A stretch of 64,000 nucleotides of DNA from assembly GCF_001194135.2 (NCBI RefSeq), contig NC_068988.1, positions 49,685,007 through 49,749,006 on the forward strand, given 5' to 3'. Positions within the stretch are counted from its first letter, which is position 1. Every line of letters begins with the position of its first letter. The DNA is from Octopus bimaculoides (Eukaryota). The notes under the pieces were generated by a model. That model saw nothing but the letters and a program-made list of their open reading frames with translations. It did not search any database and was not told where the DNA came from. Of the stretch, positions 50,691 to 63,929 are shown in pieces. Position numbers and translations under genes: made by a program.

Positions 50691-52839
50691 TAATTAATAC
50701 AATAATGAACGAGTAAATCAGGTGTCCTGGATAAGCCTTAGATCATATGAGAGCTGGTTGGCAGCATACATTTTTTTCTATGTAATATTTATCATAGAGC
50801 AAATGATATAAATTATAAGTGTTTTTTTTTTAATAAAAAAAGAATATAAATCATTGAAAATTTATATTTTCTCCTTGCCCTGGTTACACATTTTTTTATG
50901 CTGCAATTGCTAATTACTATATAAAAAATGTATATAATAAAACCGGTTACATTTTGTATGCTTAGTTTGGAAGAAAGCGGAATTTTAAACCTATTATTTC
51001 ACATTCGGTGTCCACAGATTAATGTATTGTTAATTAGACAATGGAAGGGTGAAGAGAGCACAATTTGTAGGTTGTGTTTAGGGTAACACTTGTCTTAAAT
51101 TCAACCCTGGACCGGATGAAGGTTAAATGTTTTGTCAAGTTGACATGAAAAGTATTTTCAGTAAAAAGTGAAAGGCGGGGGAGCAGAGAGCACGGGTAAA
51201 ACTGGGAGAATAATAAGGTCGCCTTCTCATTCAAAACATTACACGGAAGCTATTTCTGAGTCAAGCATTTAAAACTGTGACCTATAACCAGCAACGATTA
51301 AAGATGAGTCCTTCAGCACACGTATACGCACATACACATACACACACATATATATATACGCGTGTAGGAGTGTCTGTATGTGAATATATATAAATATATG
51401 AGTTGATATGGTGACGTCTTCGTCATTTCATTTGCTCCACAAGCATCTTATTACTGCATCTGGTCCTTTCCTCTCACACACTCCTAAGCATTAAGCACCG
51501 GTATTTCACTCTTTTCTTCGTCTTCTGCTTTACGAACATTGTAGGAAGCCCATATATTATCTCTCCAGACGAACGTGTTGGCTTCTCTAGAGTTCGTCTG
51601 TTTTCCTTCGACAGAAACCTACTCAACTGTCTCGTGTTTTTTTTTTGTTTTTTTTTTCCCACTAGGTGGATTCCCATGACTGACCGTATTGGTTTAAATT
51701 TGTTGTCTACGTAGCCGTTGCGGAAGATAATCGACATTGAAAGGGTTTTTTGTTTTTTTATTTTTAAACGTTGACTTATAGCCTTCTGGACAAAGTTTTA
51801 ATAGTACCCTATAGTTGGTGGCTTTACATTTAATCAGCAAGCCTTAATTTGTTTGTATCTTGTTTTTGTTTTGTGATATGTATCCCATCAACTCAACGTT
51901 ATCTCTGCTTTCAAGATTGATGTTCACAGAGTTTTTTTAGTGTTTAGATATGGATTTAGTATTTTTTCTTTTTTCTTTTTTAGTTTTAGGTGTCCCTTTT
52001 TGCAACTGTCATTTTTGTTTGTTTCGTTTCCTGGTGTTCTGTTTGCGAATTCTCATACTGCTCCATCGAATTTGTTTAAGGTAGTTCTTTCAACTTAAGA
52101 TGACTCTCTATTCCTCCCTCTCTCTCTCTCTTTCTCTCCTTCTCTCTCTCTCCTTCTATCTCTCTCTCTCCTTCTCTCTCTCTCTCCTTCGTCCCCGTTT
52201 CTCTCGCTCTCTATTTCTTTGTCGCCCGCTCGCTCGCTTGCTCTCGCTTGCTCTCGCTCCCTCTTTGTCTTCTATTTCTTGTTTGACCCAACAACAAAAG
52301 TTTCTTACAGTGCCTTATTCGCTTCGTGGCTCAGAGACGGGGGTGGGAAAGAGGAATTAACCTAAGACAGAAAGAACGTACGAGTGTGTGTATAAGTGCA
52401 TGCATGTATCTTCGCATTTGCCTGAACTGCCATGATGAGAGGTTTCGTTTGTGACAGAGGTTACGGAGATGTCCTTCTGGACTGCTATGTTAGATTCTGG
52501 TGTTATTGTTGCTGTTGTTTCTGATGCTGTTGTGAGTGCTTCTGCTACTGTCTTATTGTTAGACCTCCGCTACTGCCGTTGTTGTTGCTGCTGTTGCATC
52601 TGTTACTTTTATGTCCGTGGTTTCATCAGTAGAGGCGCGTTTTCTTTTGTATTTTTCTGTATGCTGAAGGTATTTATGTGGCGTGTAGCACAACATATAT
52701 AACATCTGGTTCCTATTCGACTACATTTTAATGCATATTACTCTCATGCTTGCCACCTATTCAGTACCTTAAATAGCAAACAAACCAAGGGTCAAGGTCT
52801 GTAGAAATATCTCTAGTCTTGGCCCCTTGTGCTTTGTCA

Positions 52840-53645
52840 CCTCATATACTGCTGCACCTGACTGTAATCAGAATTGTGACGTACTAGCTTCACTTGCTTT
52901 CTCAAAACGACCTCCATCTTGAACATCGGGCTCATGCATCCACGCGCCCTGCCACACATTGGCCAGTATTTCTTTTCACTGCTCCATAGAAAGTGTAGGA
53001 TCTTCTGTTGTTCCGTGAGAAACAAAGATACGAATCTTTTGCGTGGTCCTTGTTTGACGAATTTGTTACGTAAGGAGATACTCTTTTTTCTAATATACTT
53101 TAACCCTGTTTTCTTTTCTTTTCAGCAGGGAGTAACCCATATTCCAAAATTCCTCTCATCTTCAATGCTAACCTTTGATATCATCGCTGGTAAAACTTAG
53201 ATTGTGGTATCTCCAGATTTTTTCTTTTCTATTTGTCGGTGTAAATGGCTGTGTAGAACTGTGTCTGTATTTACAACATCAATTCCAATCAACATCATTT
53301 TTGTATGTTCATCCATTTAAAAAAATTTTCCTTATTTCATGATCGTTTTCTTTCGTCAAATATTCAAACATTTTAGGGCTGCATACTTTTTCTCTAATAC
53401 GTCTTCTACTCCGCCATAGCTGGCCATAGCACTCTGCTAGTAAACAATAATTGTAAATATATAAAAGAAAATACAAAACTGCCCAAGGATAATCCTTACT
53501 TTTTAGCCCCAGGGTAATAAGATGAGAGCTGAAATTTTCTAAACCCCTTTGTTGGCAAAATTAATCAAAAACTTTTCTTTTCGATCAAGTGAAATATGGT
53601 AAATCCTATTCTTTTCCGGAGCTTTGTATCAGGCTATCAACTCCC
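52840..53645 (-). mobile_element. Possible Sola-like transposase relic
   Basis: Frameshifted peptides GIDVV...SGDTTI and LFLTEQQKI.HFLWSSEKKY...VWQ loosely resemble the LPKMESHYCR..S.KKYL region. A possible GAG terminus lies at ~53643. Confidence 0.35.
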
Positions 53646-53803
53646 AACCAAACAATAGTAAAAACAACAAGAGTAGTAACAACAACATCAAAAATTATAT
53701 AAACAACAAGACTAGCAACAAAAACAACAATAACTAGCAATACAATAATAATAATAATAATAACAACAACAGCAATAATAACAATAATGATAATAATAAT
53801 AAC

Positions 53804-53853
<50 letters not shown>

Positions 53854-55693
53854 TAATAATAAGGACGATGATGTTGCTGATGATGATGATGTCTGATTTA
53901 TTGTTATTTCATACTTTGGCAAAGAGCCTTCTATTTGAGTTTAAGAGGGTAGTTGTAATATTCAATAGCATTCATTAAACATATTTGTACCTCATTAGCA
54001 ATCGTTCTGTATTTCCCAAACCATTAAGCCATTCTGAGAATTCTCAAGAAAAAAAAAATAATAATGACTAATCTACCCCTAGCAACAGCACCACTTCCAC
54101 CACCCTTACGTAAAAGAAAAAGAAACTACAGAGCAAAGGAAGAAAGTAACTTGAGGAGAAAAAAAAACACATGGAGGGTGAGAAGTGCGAAAATGGTGAT
54201 GTGAAGAATGTAACATATGCACATAAAAAGTTATCATAAAATTATGCATAGACGTTAGGTTGTTAATCCCCGTGCGAGTTTGAAACCCTCGGTATGAGAC
54301 AAAATTCATATTTAACAAATGTGTGCACGCACGTACTGGCTAAGACGCCGGGTATGGTCAGTTAAAAGATTCGTTGCACAATTGCAAGATAAACGCATGT
54401 GCATATGAATATGCACACATAAAATTGGTCATAAAAATTTGCATGGTGATTAGTCTGAAAATCCGGCTGCATATTTACGAGAACATGGCTGCCGATATGC
54501 ATACTAAATCTTCAGCTTGCCTGATATGTCTGCAAGACAACGATCGCATTTACACAAAAGTCACATACATTTGCAAGTCATGTCAGCGTGGTCACATCAT
54601 ATTCAACTTTCTCTACACACCGAAATATATGCATACACATTTACTTACGAATGCATGTGACATCTTTGCTGATTTTCCATTGTGTATTTCTAACAGAATC
54701 ACTTAGAAATGTGCACGTGCATATTTGTGTGCGTTCGTTTGAGTGTTTGCTTATACAGACACACGCACACACACGCACACACACACACACACACACACAC
54801 GTACCATTACCACCTCCGCCACCATCACACATTTGCTTATGTAAGTATCGCATAACAGATTTACAAGTCAATATACAAAATTAAGTGGCGAGTGTCTCGG
54901 AATAATTAAGATACTCTAATAACCTGACTCCACCAAAGGATTCGGGAAAGACATGACGATCACAACTTCTCTTTCTATATCTCCATAATTAAGGCAATAT
55001 ATATNNNNNNNNNNNNNNNNNNNNNNNNNNNNNNNNNNNNNNNNNNNNNNNNNNNNNNNNNNNNNNNNNNNNNNNNNNNNNNNNNNNNNNNNNNNNNNNN
55101 NNNNNNNNNNNNNNNNNNNNNNNNNNNNNNNNNNNNNNNNNNNNNNNNNNNNNNNNNNNNNNNNNNNNNNNNNNNNNNNNNNNNNNNNNNNNNNNNNNNN
55201 NNNNNNNNNNNNNNNNNNNNNNNNNNNNNNNNNNNNNNNNNNNNNNNNNNNNNNNNNNNNNNNNNNNNNNNNNNNNNNNNNNNNNNNNNNNNNNNNNNNN
55301 NNNNNNNNNNNNNNNNNNNNNNNNNNNNNNNNNNNNNNNNNNNNNNNNNNNNNNNNNNNNNNNNNNNNNNNNNNNNNNNNNNNNNNNNNNNNNNNNNNNN
55401 NNNNNNNNNNNNNNNNNNNNNNNNNNNNNNNNNNNNNNNNNNNNNNNNNNNNNNNNNNNNNNNNNNNNNNNNNNNNNNNNNNNNNNNNNNNNNNNNNNNN
55501 NNNNNNNNNNNNNNNNNNNNNNNNNNNNNNNNNNNNNNNNNNNNNNNNNNNNNNNNNNNNNNNNNNNNNNNNNNNNNNNNNNNNNNNNNNNNNNNNNNNN
55601 NNNNNNNNNNNNNNNNNNNNNNNNNNNNNNNNNNNNNNNNNNNNNNNNNNNNNNNNNNNNNNNNNNNNNNNNNNNNNNNNNNNNNNNNNNNNN

Positions 55694-55742
<49 letters not shown>

Positions 55743-55955
55743 ATATATACACATATATACATATATATATATGTATATGTATATATATGTGTATATGTGT
55801 ATATATATACGTGTGTCTGTATATATATACATACACACACACACATATATATATATATACATTTATATGAATATGTATGTATGCATATATTCATACATAC
55901 ATAAATACATACATACATACATATGTATGTATGTGTATGTATGCATGTATACATG

Positions 55956-56012
<57 letters not shown>

Positions 56013-56781
56013 ACATGTGTTTGTGTGCGCGTGAGTGAGTTTGTGTGTGTGCATGTGCATATACATGAGTGTGTGTATTAGTTGTTATGGATACAATAAC
56101 TGCATTATTGGAAAGAAGTTAGGAAGGGAGAGACAAATAGAAATAGACAAAGTAGTGTGGGAGAGAGGGAGAAAAAGGGAGGAAGAGAGATAATGAAACG
56201 GAGAGAGAAAGAGTGAGGTGCCGGATGATTGACCCCTTGACCGAATACTCCCACCATTTCTTATTGATATCACCCTCCGCTAAGCAACTCCCTAGCAATT
56301 ATGGATGGCTGCCCAGATGGTTGGTTACATTTAGCAGACGACACAGAAAACAAATTAGAGAGTTGGAAAGAAATAGAAAGAAGGAAATAACAGAGAGTTA
56401 GAGAAAGAATGAGAGCGAGCGAGAGAGAGGGGGTAGAGAGAGAGAGAGAGAGAGGTGGGTAGAGAGAGAGAGAGAGGTGGGTAGAGAGAGAGAGAGNNNN
56501 NNNNNNNNNNNNNNNNNNNNNNNNNNNNNNNNNNNNNNNNNNNNNNNNNNNNNNNNNNNNNNNNNNNNNNNNNNNNNNNNNNNNNNNNNNNNNNNNNNNN
56601 NNNNNNNNNNNNNNNNNNNNNNNNNNNNNNNNNNNNNNNNNNNNNNNNNNNNNNNNNNNNNNNNNNNNNNNNNNNNNNNNNNNNNNNNNNNNNNNNNNNN
56701 NNNNNNNNNNNNNNNNNNNNNNNNNNNNNNNNNNNNNNNNNNNNNNNNNNNNNNNNNNNNNNNNNNNNNNNNNNNNNNNNN

Positions 56782-56850
<69 letters not shown>

Positions 56851-57334
56851 ACAGAGAGAGTTGCATAAATAAGAGAGACAAGTTGATAGTAAAAGAGTGA
56901 AAGAGAGAGAGAAAGAGGAATAAAAGAAAAAGAGCAATGATAGAAAAAGTGAACAGAATATACCAGAGAAGGAGAGAGGGAGTGAAAGAAAGTGGGGTGA
57001 AAGGGGAAAGAGTTGTTCGAGTTCCCATTTCTATTATATCTCATTGCCATCATTCTATATATCCACAGTAAAGATTACCCCAGTATTGACGGTAACATGA
57101 GCAGATGGTTGGTTCCATTTAGTAGCAGACAACACTTGTCTGTCCAGCCAAACTGACCTCTGCTTTAGTGACACACTGTTATTCTTGTTGGTATCCGTGG
57201 TGGCAAAAGATAGCGGCAGTTTCCGTGGTATCCGTGGTGGCAAAGATGGTGGGAGTTTCTGCTGTTATTGTTGTGGGTGAGGGTGTTGGGAATTAATGGC
57301 GGTGTTGGGTAGAGTTAGTGTGTGCGCTGAAGCA

Positions 57335-57520
57335 TATTGTTGTTGTTGTTTAATCCTAGGCCGACCCTGATTCAGATGACCTACGATCAAAGGTATCCCA
57401 CCCATGAACATCCCATCTTTTCTCAATAAAGTGCACATTATTCAAGATGTTTGCTTTTTAAAACACGACAGGGTGTGTTTAGCTGCTATTTCTAGCAGGT
57501 CGAAAGATCACGTAATGGCT
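57335..57520 (-). mobile_element. SINE-like repeat family D
   Basis: (TTG)n tail, then CCTAGGCCGACCCTGA...CTACGATCAAAGGTATCC...GCTGCTATTTCTAGCAGGTCG. Confidence 0.55.
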
Positions 57521-59484
57521 TCATTGTTGACTCGTTAGCTGTGTTAATATTACTGGTTAAGGTATTGGTAGTGGTGATGTTATGGTAGTTATGATAGTAA
57601 TGGTGATTGGTAGTGTGGGATTGAGATTACTTTGGGTCCCTATAGCTGCTGGCGTTGCTGATCATGCTGTTGTTGTTGTTGTTGTCGGTGGTGGTGGTGT
57701 TGATGGTGGTGGTGGTGGTGGTGGTGGTGGTATTNNNNNNNNNNNNNNNNNNNNNNNNNNNNNNNNNNNNNNNNNNNNNNNNNNNNNNNNNNNNNNNNNN
57801 NNNNNNNNNNNNNNNNNNNNNNNNNNNNNNNNNNNNNNNNNNNNNNNNNNNNNNNNNNNNNNNNNNNNNNNNNNNNNNNNNNNNNNNNNNNNNNNNNNNN
57901 NNNNNNNNNNNNNNNNNNNNNNNNNNNNNNNNNNNNNNNNNNNNNNNNNNNNNNNNNNNNNNNNNNNNNNNNNNNNNNNNNNNNNNNNNNNNNNNNNNNN
58001 NNNNNNNNNNNNNNNNNNNNNNNNNNNNNNNNNNNNNNNNNNNNNNNNNNNNNNNNNNNNNNNNNNNNNNNNNNNNNNNNNNNNNNNNNNNNNNNNNNNN
58101 NNNNNNNNNNNNNNNNNNNNNNNNNNNNNNNNNNNNNNNNNNNNNNNNNNNNNNNNNNNNNNNNNNNNNNNNNNNNNNNNNNNNNNNNNNNNNNNNNNNN
58201 NNNNNNNNNNNNNNNNNNNNNNNNNNNNNNNNNNNNNNNNNNNNNNNNNNNNNNNNNNNNNNNNNNNNNNNNNNNNNNNNNNNNNNNNNNNNNNNNNNNN
58301 NNNNNNNNNNNNNNNNNNNNNNNNNNNNNNNNNNNNNNNNNNNNNNNNNNNNNNNNNNNNNNNNNNNNNNNNNNNNNNNNNNNNNNNNNNNNNNNNNNNN
58401 NNNNNNNNNNNNNNNNNNNNNNNNNNNNNNNNNNNNNNNNNNNNNNNNNNNNNNNNNNNNNNNNNNNNNNNNNNNNNNNNNNNNNNNNNNNNNNNNNTAG
58501 TGGTGGTGTTTGTGGTTTCTTTGCTCGTAATGATAACAGTGATGTTGGTGATGCTGGAGATTGAGATGGTGGTGTTGTTGGTGGTGATAAATGTGGTCAT
58601 TGTCACAGTGATAATATTGAGTTCAATGATGGCGAACAAATGCTTTTAGCATGGAAAACGAACGAGCGCACGTGTCGGTCAACAAGGTGACTGAGAACCA
58701 GAGAGAGAAAGAGAGAGAAAGAAAGAAAGAGAGAGAGAAAGAGAGAAAGAGAAAGAAAGAGCGTTTGTATGTAGGTGTGTGTGGTTAGACCACACAGGGG
58801 AGTGAGGGGCAACCAATATGGCCATTTAAGTAAAGAAGAGGTGGTCAGGGATCTTTAGCGTCCGGCCATTTTACTGTCCAATGGCGAGGCCAGCGGTTAT
58901 AGAGTCAAAAATCGCTCGTCCGCACCAGATGTTGATGTTGGCAAGAGGCTAGCGAGCAAAAGACCTTTGATATAAAAAAAAAAGTATGTAGCAATAATAG
59001 CTATATAGTTTTATATGTGCGTATGCTTTATGAGTCTGCATGCGTTTATTTGTATGTGTGTATCTCTGCAAGTATACTTGTGTGTGTGTGTGTATTGCAT
59101 GCACCATTGTAAAGAGCATTATCTGCTTGTATATGGTAAAAACGTGTAGTAATTGTGGTCGTTAACATAAATTCTTCGTGAGAGTATATGTATATGTGAA
59201 GACTCGTCTATCTCTAAATGTTATCCAACCAAATATGTAATTTGACTAATAAGTGACTAATGGGAAAATTTATCCTCTGCATTGGTTATTTATACTAGTC
59301 TGTACCGTCCCTACTGTTCATAATAGTTGAGGCTTACTAGAACTGTAAATTAGATTGCAGCTACAAGAGCTAAATTGCATAGTAAAAGGAAATACCAAAA
59401 TATTTTCTAGACGTTTAAATCTTTCAAACTAATTGCAATAGTATGCGGCAGAGAAACAATCGCTTGCATAAAAAATCTTTTCTA

Positions 59485-59690
59485 CTATAGATACAAGGCC
59501 TTAGTTTTTTAGTGACGGGATAGTCGATAACATCAACCCCAGTATTAGACTGGTACTTAATTTATCGATTCCAAAAAGATGACAGGCAAAGTCGATATCG
59601 GCGGAATTTAAACTCAGAACGTAAAGACGGCCGAAATGATGCTAAGCATTTTGTTAGGCGTGCTAACGATTCTGCCATCTCCCCGCCTTA
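59485..59690 (-). mobile_element. SINE family B, near full length
   Basis: CTGGTACTTAATTTATCGA...GGCAAAGTCGATATCGGCGGAATTTAAACTCAGAACG...GCTAACGATTCTGCCA. Confidence 0.85.
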
Positions 59691-60287
59691 ATTCACTTGA
59701 ATAGTGATACTGCGATAGTGATACTGTAAGCACAAATGCTGAACCAGCTTGAATAACTATTCGAACGAAGAAACATGCATTCACGTGGCTATTCTTTTTC
59801 CAGTCGGTGCTGTTAACATAGTCATAACCTTGTCCAATACTGGCCGAAACATTTCTACGCAATTATATATCACAGTGGTGCAATATTTAGATATTCGATT
59901 GAACTTCCACAGAAAAAAAAAATCACCTATCACTCAAGGTTTCGACTTCATTCTCCCACAGTGTGTTCAAGTGGATGGTGTTGGGTTCGAACCTGTCGCA
60001 AGAGGATCGTTTGGGTAAGAAAAAAGTTGCTGAATTTAAAAGCTGAAGCCGAGTTGCACGCTTCTAATCTGCGAAGATTCTTACCAGATTTAGTACTTGC
60101 TACACATACACAAGCGCGCACGCACGCGCGCATACACACAGATCCAAACACATTCACGTACAATGATGTATGCGTATATCTATTTATCTTGTATCAATCT
60201 ACACACATACATATATATGTATATATATATGTATATATATGTATATATATACATACACACATATATATATGTATATATATATATATG

Positions 60288-60336
<49 letters not shown>

Positions 60337-60424
60337 TGAAGATAAACTTACTTGGGAATGGATGCGTCACGTTGAATTAAATAAATAAATATTATATATA
60401 TATATATATATGCGCGCGCGCGTG

Positions 60425-60618
60425 CATGCATATATGTATACAGGACGACACCAACAGTGCAAATAACATACACACGAGAGATAAGTACAAGATGTGGACA
60501 GTAATTACAGGACAAATTCATTCGCTTTTGCCCTGTATTTACTGTCCACGTCTTGTAACTATGTCTCGTGTGTATGTTATTTGCCCCGTTAGTGACGTTC
60601 TGTACCCATATATGCATG
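60425..60618. repeat. 194 bp imperfect hairpin (about 90 bp arms, 10 nt loop)
   Basis: Arms are about 85% complementary, including a perfect 21 bp GCAAATAACATACACACGAGA / TCTCGTGTGTATGTTATTTGC. The loop is 60517-60526. Confidence 0.9.
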
Positions 60619-60837
60619 TGTATATATATGTAGAGAGAGAGAGAGAGGTTATGAGACGTAATGGTGTCAATAAAACCCAAAGGTGTCAGGTAATGCTAAG
60701 TGATATGGACAGACCATAGTTAATCTCCAGGTTCGGTGATTATGCGAATAATCAGCATGTGTATATATAAATTTTTTTTTTTCAGAATGAGATAAAAATT
60801 CAAGGCTGTGAAAATATTAGAACATTTATAAATGGAA

Positions 60838-61130
60838 GGTCATACAGCTGTTTCCGGGATATTTGTTATATCCCTTCATTGGAGACGGTGTGAGAAAATG
60901 GTTAAGCAATAGTTAATTTGGATATGAAATACAGAGTGAAGTGGAGGAATGAAAATAGATGTAAGATATGTAAGGCTATTGCGTTTGTAGATCCATTATT
61001 TAGGCAGAATGGTATACATATAAGATTCCAATACCTTGTGAGTAAATTCTAATAGTATTTAAAATTGGTCATTCCAAGTATAGAGTTTGTACACAGTACT
61101 ATTGGATCAAGGGTTTTATTTTAAGTCATA
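60838..61130 (-). mobile_element. Probable PLE 3' end with a degenerate hammerhead motif
   Basis: Motif GUCU-CCAAUGA-A-GGGAUAU(AACAA)AUAUCCC-G-GAAA-CAGCUG-UA-UGAC at 60838-60887. Upstream on the same strand is a weak GIY-YIG-tail-like peptide (VLESYMYTILPK). Confidence 0.5.
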
Positions 61131-61230
61131 TATATATATATATAGGAGAATTCACGAAAAAAACAACAGACGAAGACAGGTGGTGTAAACAACAAATGGA
61201 TGTATTAGTATAGCGCTCGGGAATAGAAAA

Positions 61231-61270
61231 AGTCTTTAACGTTTCGAGCCTACGCTCTTCAACAGAAAGA
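61231..61270 (-). ncRNA. Minimal type I hammerhead-like motif in a short element (61145-61320)
   Basis: UCUUU-CUGUUGA-A-GAGC(GUAG)GCUC-GAAAC-GUU-AAAGA has a perfect 5 bp stem I and one core change (A6U). Confidence 0.55.
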
Positions 61271-61319
61271 GAAAGGAACACAGAAAGAAATAAGGAGAGA
61301 AACAAGGAGAGAAATACAC

Positions 61320-61352
<33 letters not shown>

Positions 61353-62252
61353 NNNNNNNNNNNNNNNNNNNNNNNNNNNNNNNNNNNNNNNNNNNNNNNN
61401 NNNNNNNNNNNNNNNNNNNNNNNNNNNNNNNNNNNNNNNNNNNNNNNNNNNNNNNNNNNNNNNNNNNNNNNNNNNNNNNNNNNNNNNNNNNNNNNNNNNN
61501 NNNNNNNNNNNNNNNNNNNNNNNNNNNNNNNNNNNNNNNNNNNNNNNNNNNNNNNNNNNNNNNNNNNNNNNNNNNNNNNNNNNNNNNNNNNNNNNNNNNN
61601 NNNNNNNNNNNNNNNNNNNNNNNNNNNNNNNNNNNNNNNNNNNNNNNNNNNNNNNNNNNNNNNNNNNNNNNNNNNNNNNNNNNNNNNNNNNNNNNNNNNN
61701 NNNNNNNNNNNNNNNNNNNNNNNNNNNNNNNNNNNNNNNNNNNNNNNNNNNNNNNNNNNNNNNNNNNNNNNNNNNNNNNNNNNNNNNNNNNNNNNNNNNN
61801 NNNNNNNNNNNNNNNNNNNNNNNNNNNNNNNNNNNNNNNNNNNNNNNNNNNNNNNNNNNNNNNNNNNNNNNNNNNTATATATATATATATATGCATATAA
61901 ATGCACACATACACATAGAGACATATACATGTATATATATGTATACATATGTATGTACATGTGTATATACTTATATGGTTGTATTTATCTATATATGTAC
62001 ATGTGTGTATGTACCTGTGTGGATGTAAGAAAGACCGTTTATTATTTATATATATATAAGTATGTGTGTGCGTGTGTGTGTGTGTGCGTGTGTGTGTGTG
62101 TGTGTGTGTGCGTGCGTGTGTGTGTGTAAAATATCTCATGCACATACGAACGGATATGCACTAGCTTNNNNNNNNNNNNNNNNNNNNNNNNNNNNNNNNN
62201 NNNNNNNNNNNNNNNNNNNNNNNNNNNNNNNNNNNNNNNNNNNNNNNNNNNN

Positions 62253-62321
<69 letters not shown>

Positions 62322-62810
62322 ATATGTGTGGGTGCGTTTGTCTATGTACGTTTGTCAATACTGGCGTGCGTATGTTCTTTTGTGTTCTCTGAACGTTCAT
62401 GTGATACGATAAAATCAAGTATCACATGAAGATAAAAGTGATATTAAAGTGGATAGTCGCACAGTGGAGACTTATGATCGACGCTAGAGCACAATAAAAT
62501 GACAGACTGGAGTGGTACCCGTGATTTTCCAGGCGACGTGGGAAATGAATTCAGTGATATCAATTGCCATAATAAAATACATATTAACTATACCGATGAT
62601 GTAGCTAGAATATGGCAAACCTGATATAGAACACTCCTGTGAGAGAGAAATATTGGTATTAGTAATTCCCACCTCCGTCACCCTTGTGACAATAATGAAG
62701 AAGTCATCATTACACAATGCTGTTGTTTTAGTTGCTATTGTCATCATCATCATCATCATCATCATCATTATTAGTATTATTATTGTTGCTGTTGGTATTA
62801 TTATTGTTAA

Positions 62811-62865
<55 letters not shown>

Positions 62866-62949
62866 GTTATTATTATAATAGTATTCGTGTAGACTTACAG
62901 CATGCGGAAAGATATCATAGCAACTTTGAATAAAACCATCAGATTTCTT

Positions 62950-62984
<35 letters not shown>

Positions 62985-63010
62985 CTCTCTCTCTCTATCT
63001 CTCTCTTTCA

Positions 63011-63045
<35 letters not shown>

Positions 63046-63237
63046 CATTTCTCTCCCCTCCACTCTCTCTCTCTCTTTCTCTCTCTTACTCTCCCAATAT
63101 ATATATATATATATTCTCCCTATCTTTCTCTCCCTCAGTATCTCTTTCCTCTCTTTCTCTCTCTCTCACCTTCTCACTAATACGCACATGCACTTACTCT
63201 TTCTAATGCATGTATGTTTGTACATATGCGCGCGCGT

Positions 63238-63276
<39 letters not shown>

Positions 63277-63428
63277 CAAGCGAGTGAGTGTGTATAAATG
63301 GTAGGCTGTATATGTACGAAGCAGAAATATATTTGCAATTATATGGATATATTTGCATAATGAAGCGAGTATATGCATATGTGATCATACACAAATACAC
63401 CCGTCCACCCACCCATCCATACACACAC

Positions 63429-63502
63429 ACATGCACATACACACACACATGCACATACACACACACATGCACATACACACACACATGCACATACACACAC
63501 AC
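63429..63502. repeat. 18 bp minisatellite (ATGCACATACACACACAC) x4
   Basis: Directly visible. It produces the HTHMHI repeat in the ORF track. Confidence 0.85.
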
Positions 63503-63629
63503 GTATCAATTACCATTACCATAATGAAGAACTTGTATTACTCTATATACGTTCATAAGATACAAAGTAATACGCACATGTCCTCCCACACATACGTAAG
63601 TGTGCCTGTGTGTGTAAATNNNNNNNNNN

Positions 63630-63671
<42 letters not shown>

Positions 63672-63897
63672 CATATATACATATATAAATATATATATAT
63701 GTGTATATATATATATATACATATACATACATATATATATATACATATATGTATGTATGTATGTATGTATGTTTGTACGCCTGTGTGCATGCGTTATGTA
63801 TGCACGTATGTATATATAAATACGCTAATATCCTCCTACACATATGTAAGTGTGCCTGTGTAGAGAAATATATTCATATATATATGTGTGTGTGTGT

Positions 63898-63929
<32 letters not shown>

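Noticed and set aside
52311-52377. Possible exon TTTCTTACAG|...GAAC|GTACGA with one open frame (CLIRFVAQRRGWERGINLRQKE)
   Set aside because: The peptide is unrecognised, the donor is mediocre and no partner exons were found.
54374-54706. ORF with two CxxC pairs (CLIC...CKSC)
   Set aside because: The composition follows TG/CA-rich low-complexity DNA and it fits no full zinc-finger pattern.
59749-60018. 89 aa ORF and a GGGTTCGAACC box-B-like site
   Set aside because: No recognisable domain, and no box A or cloverleaf.
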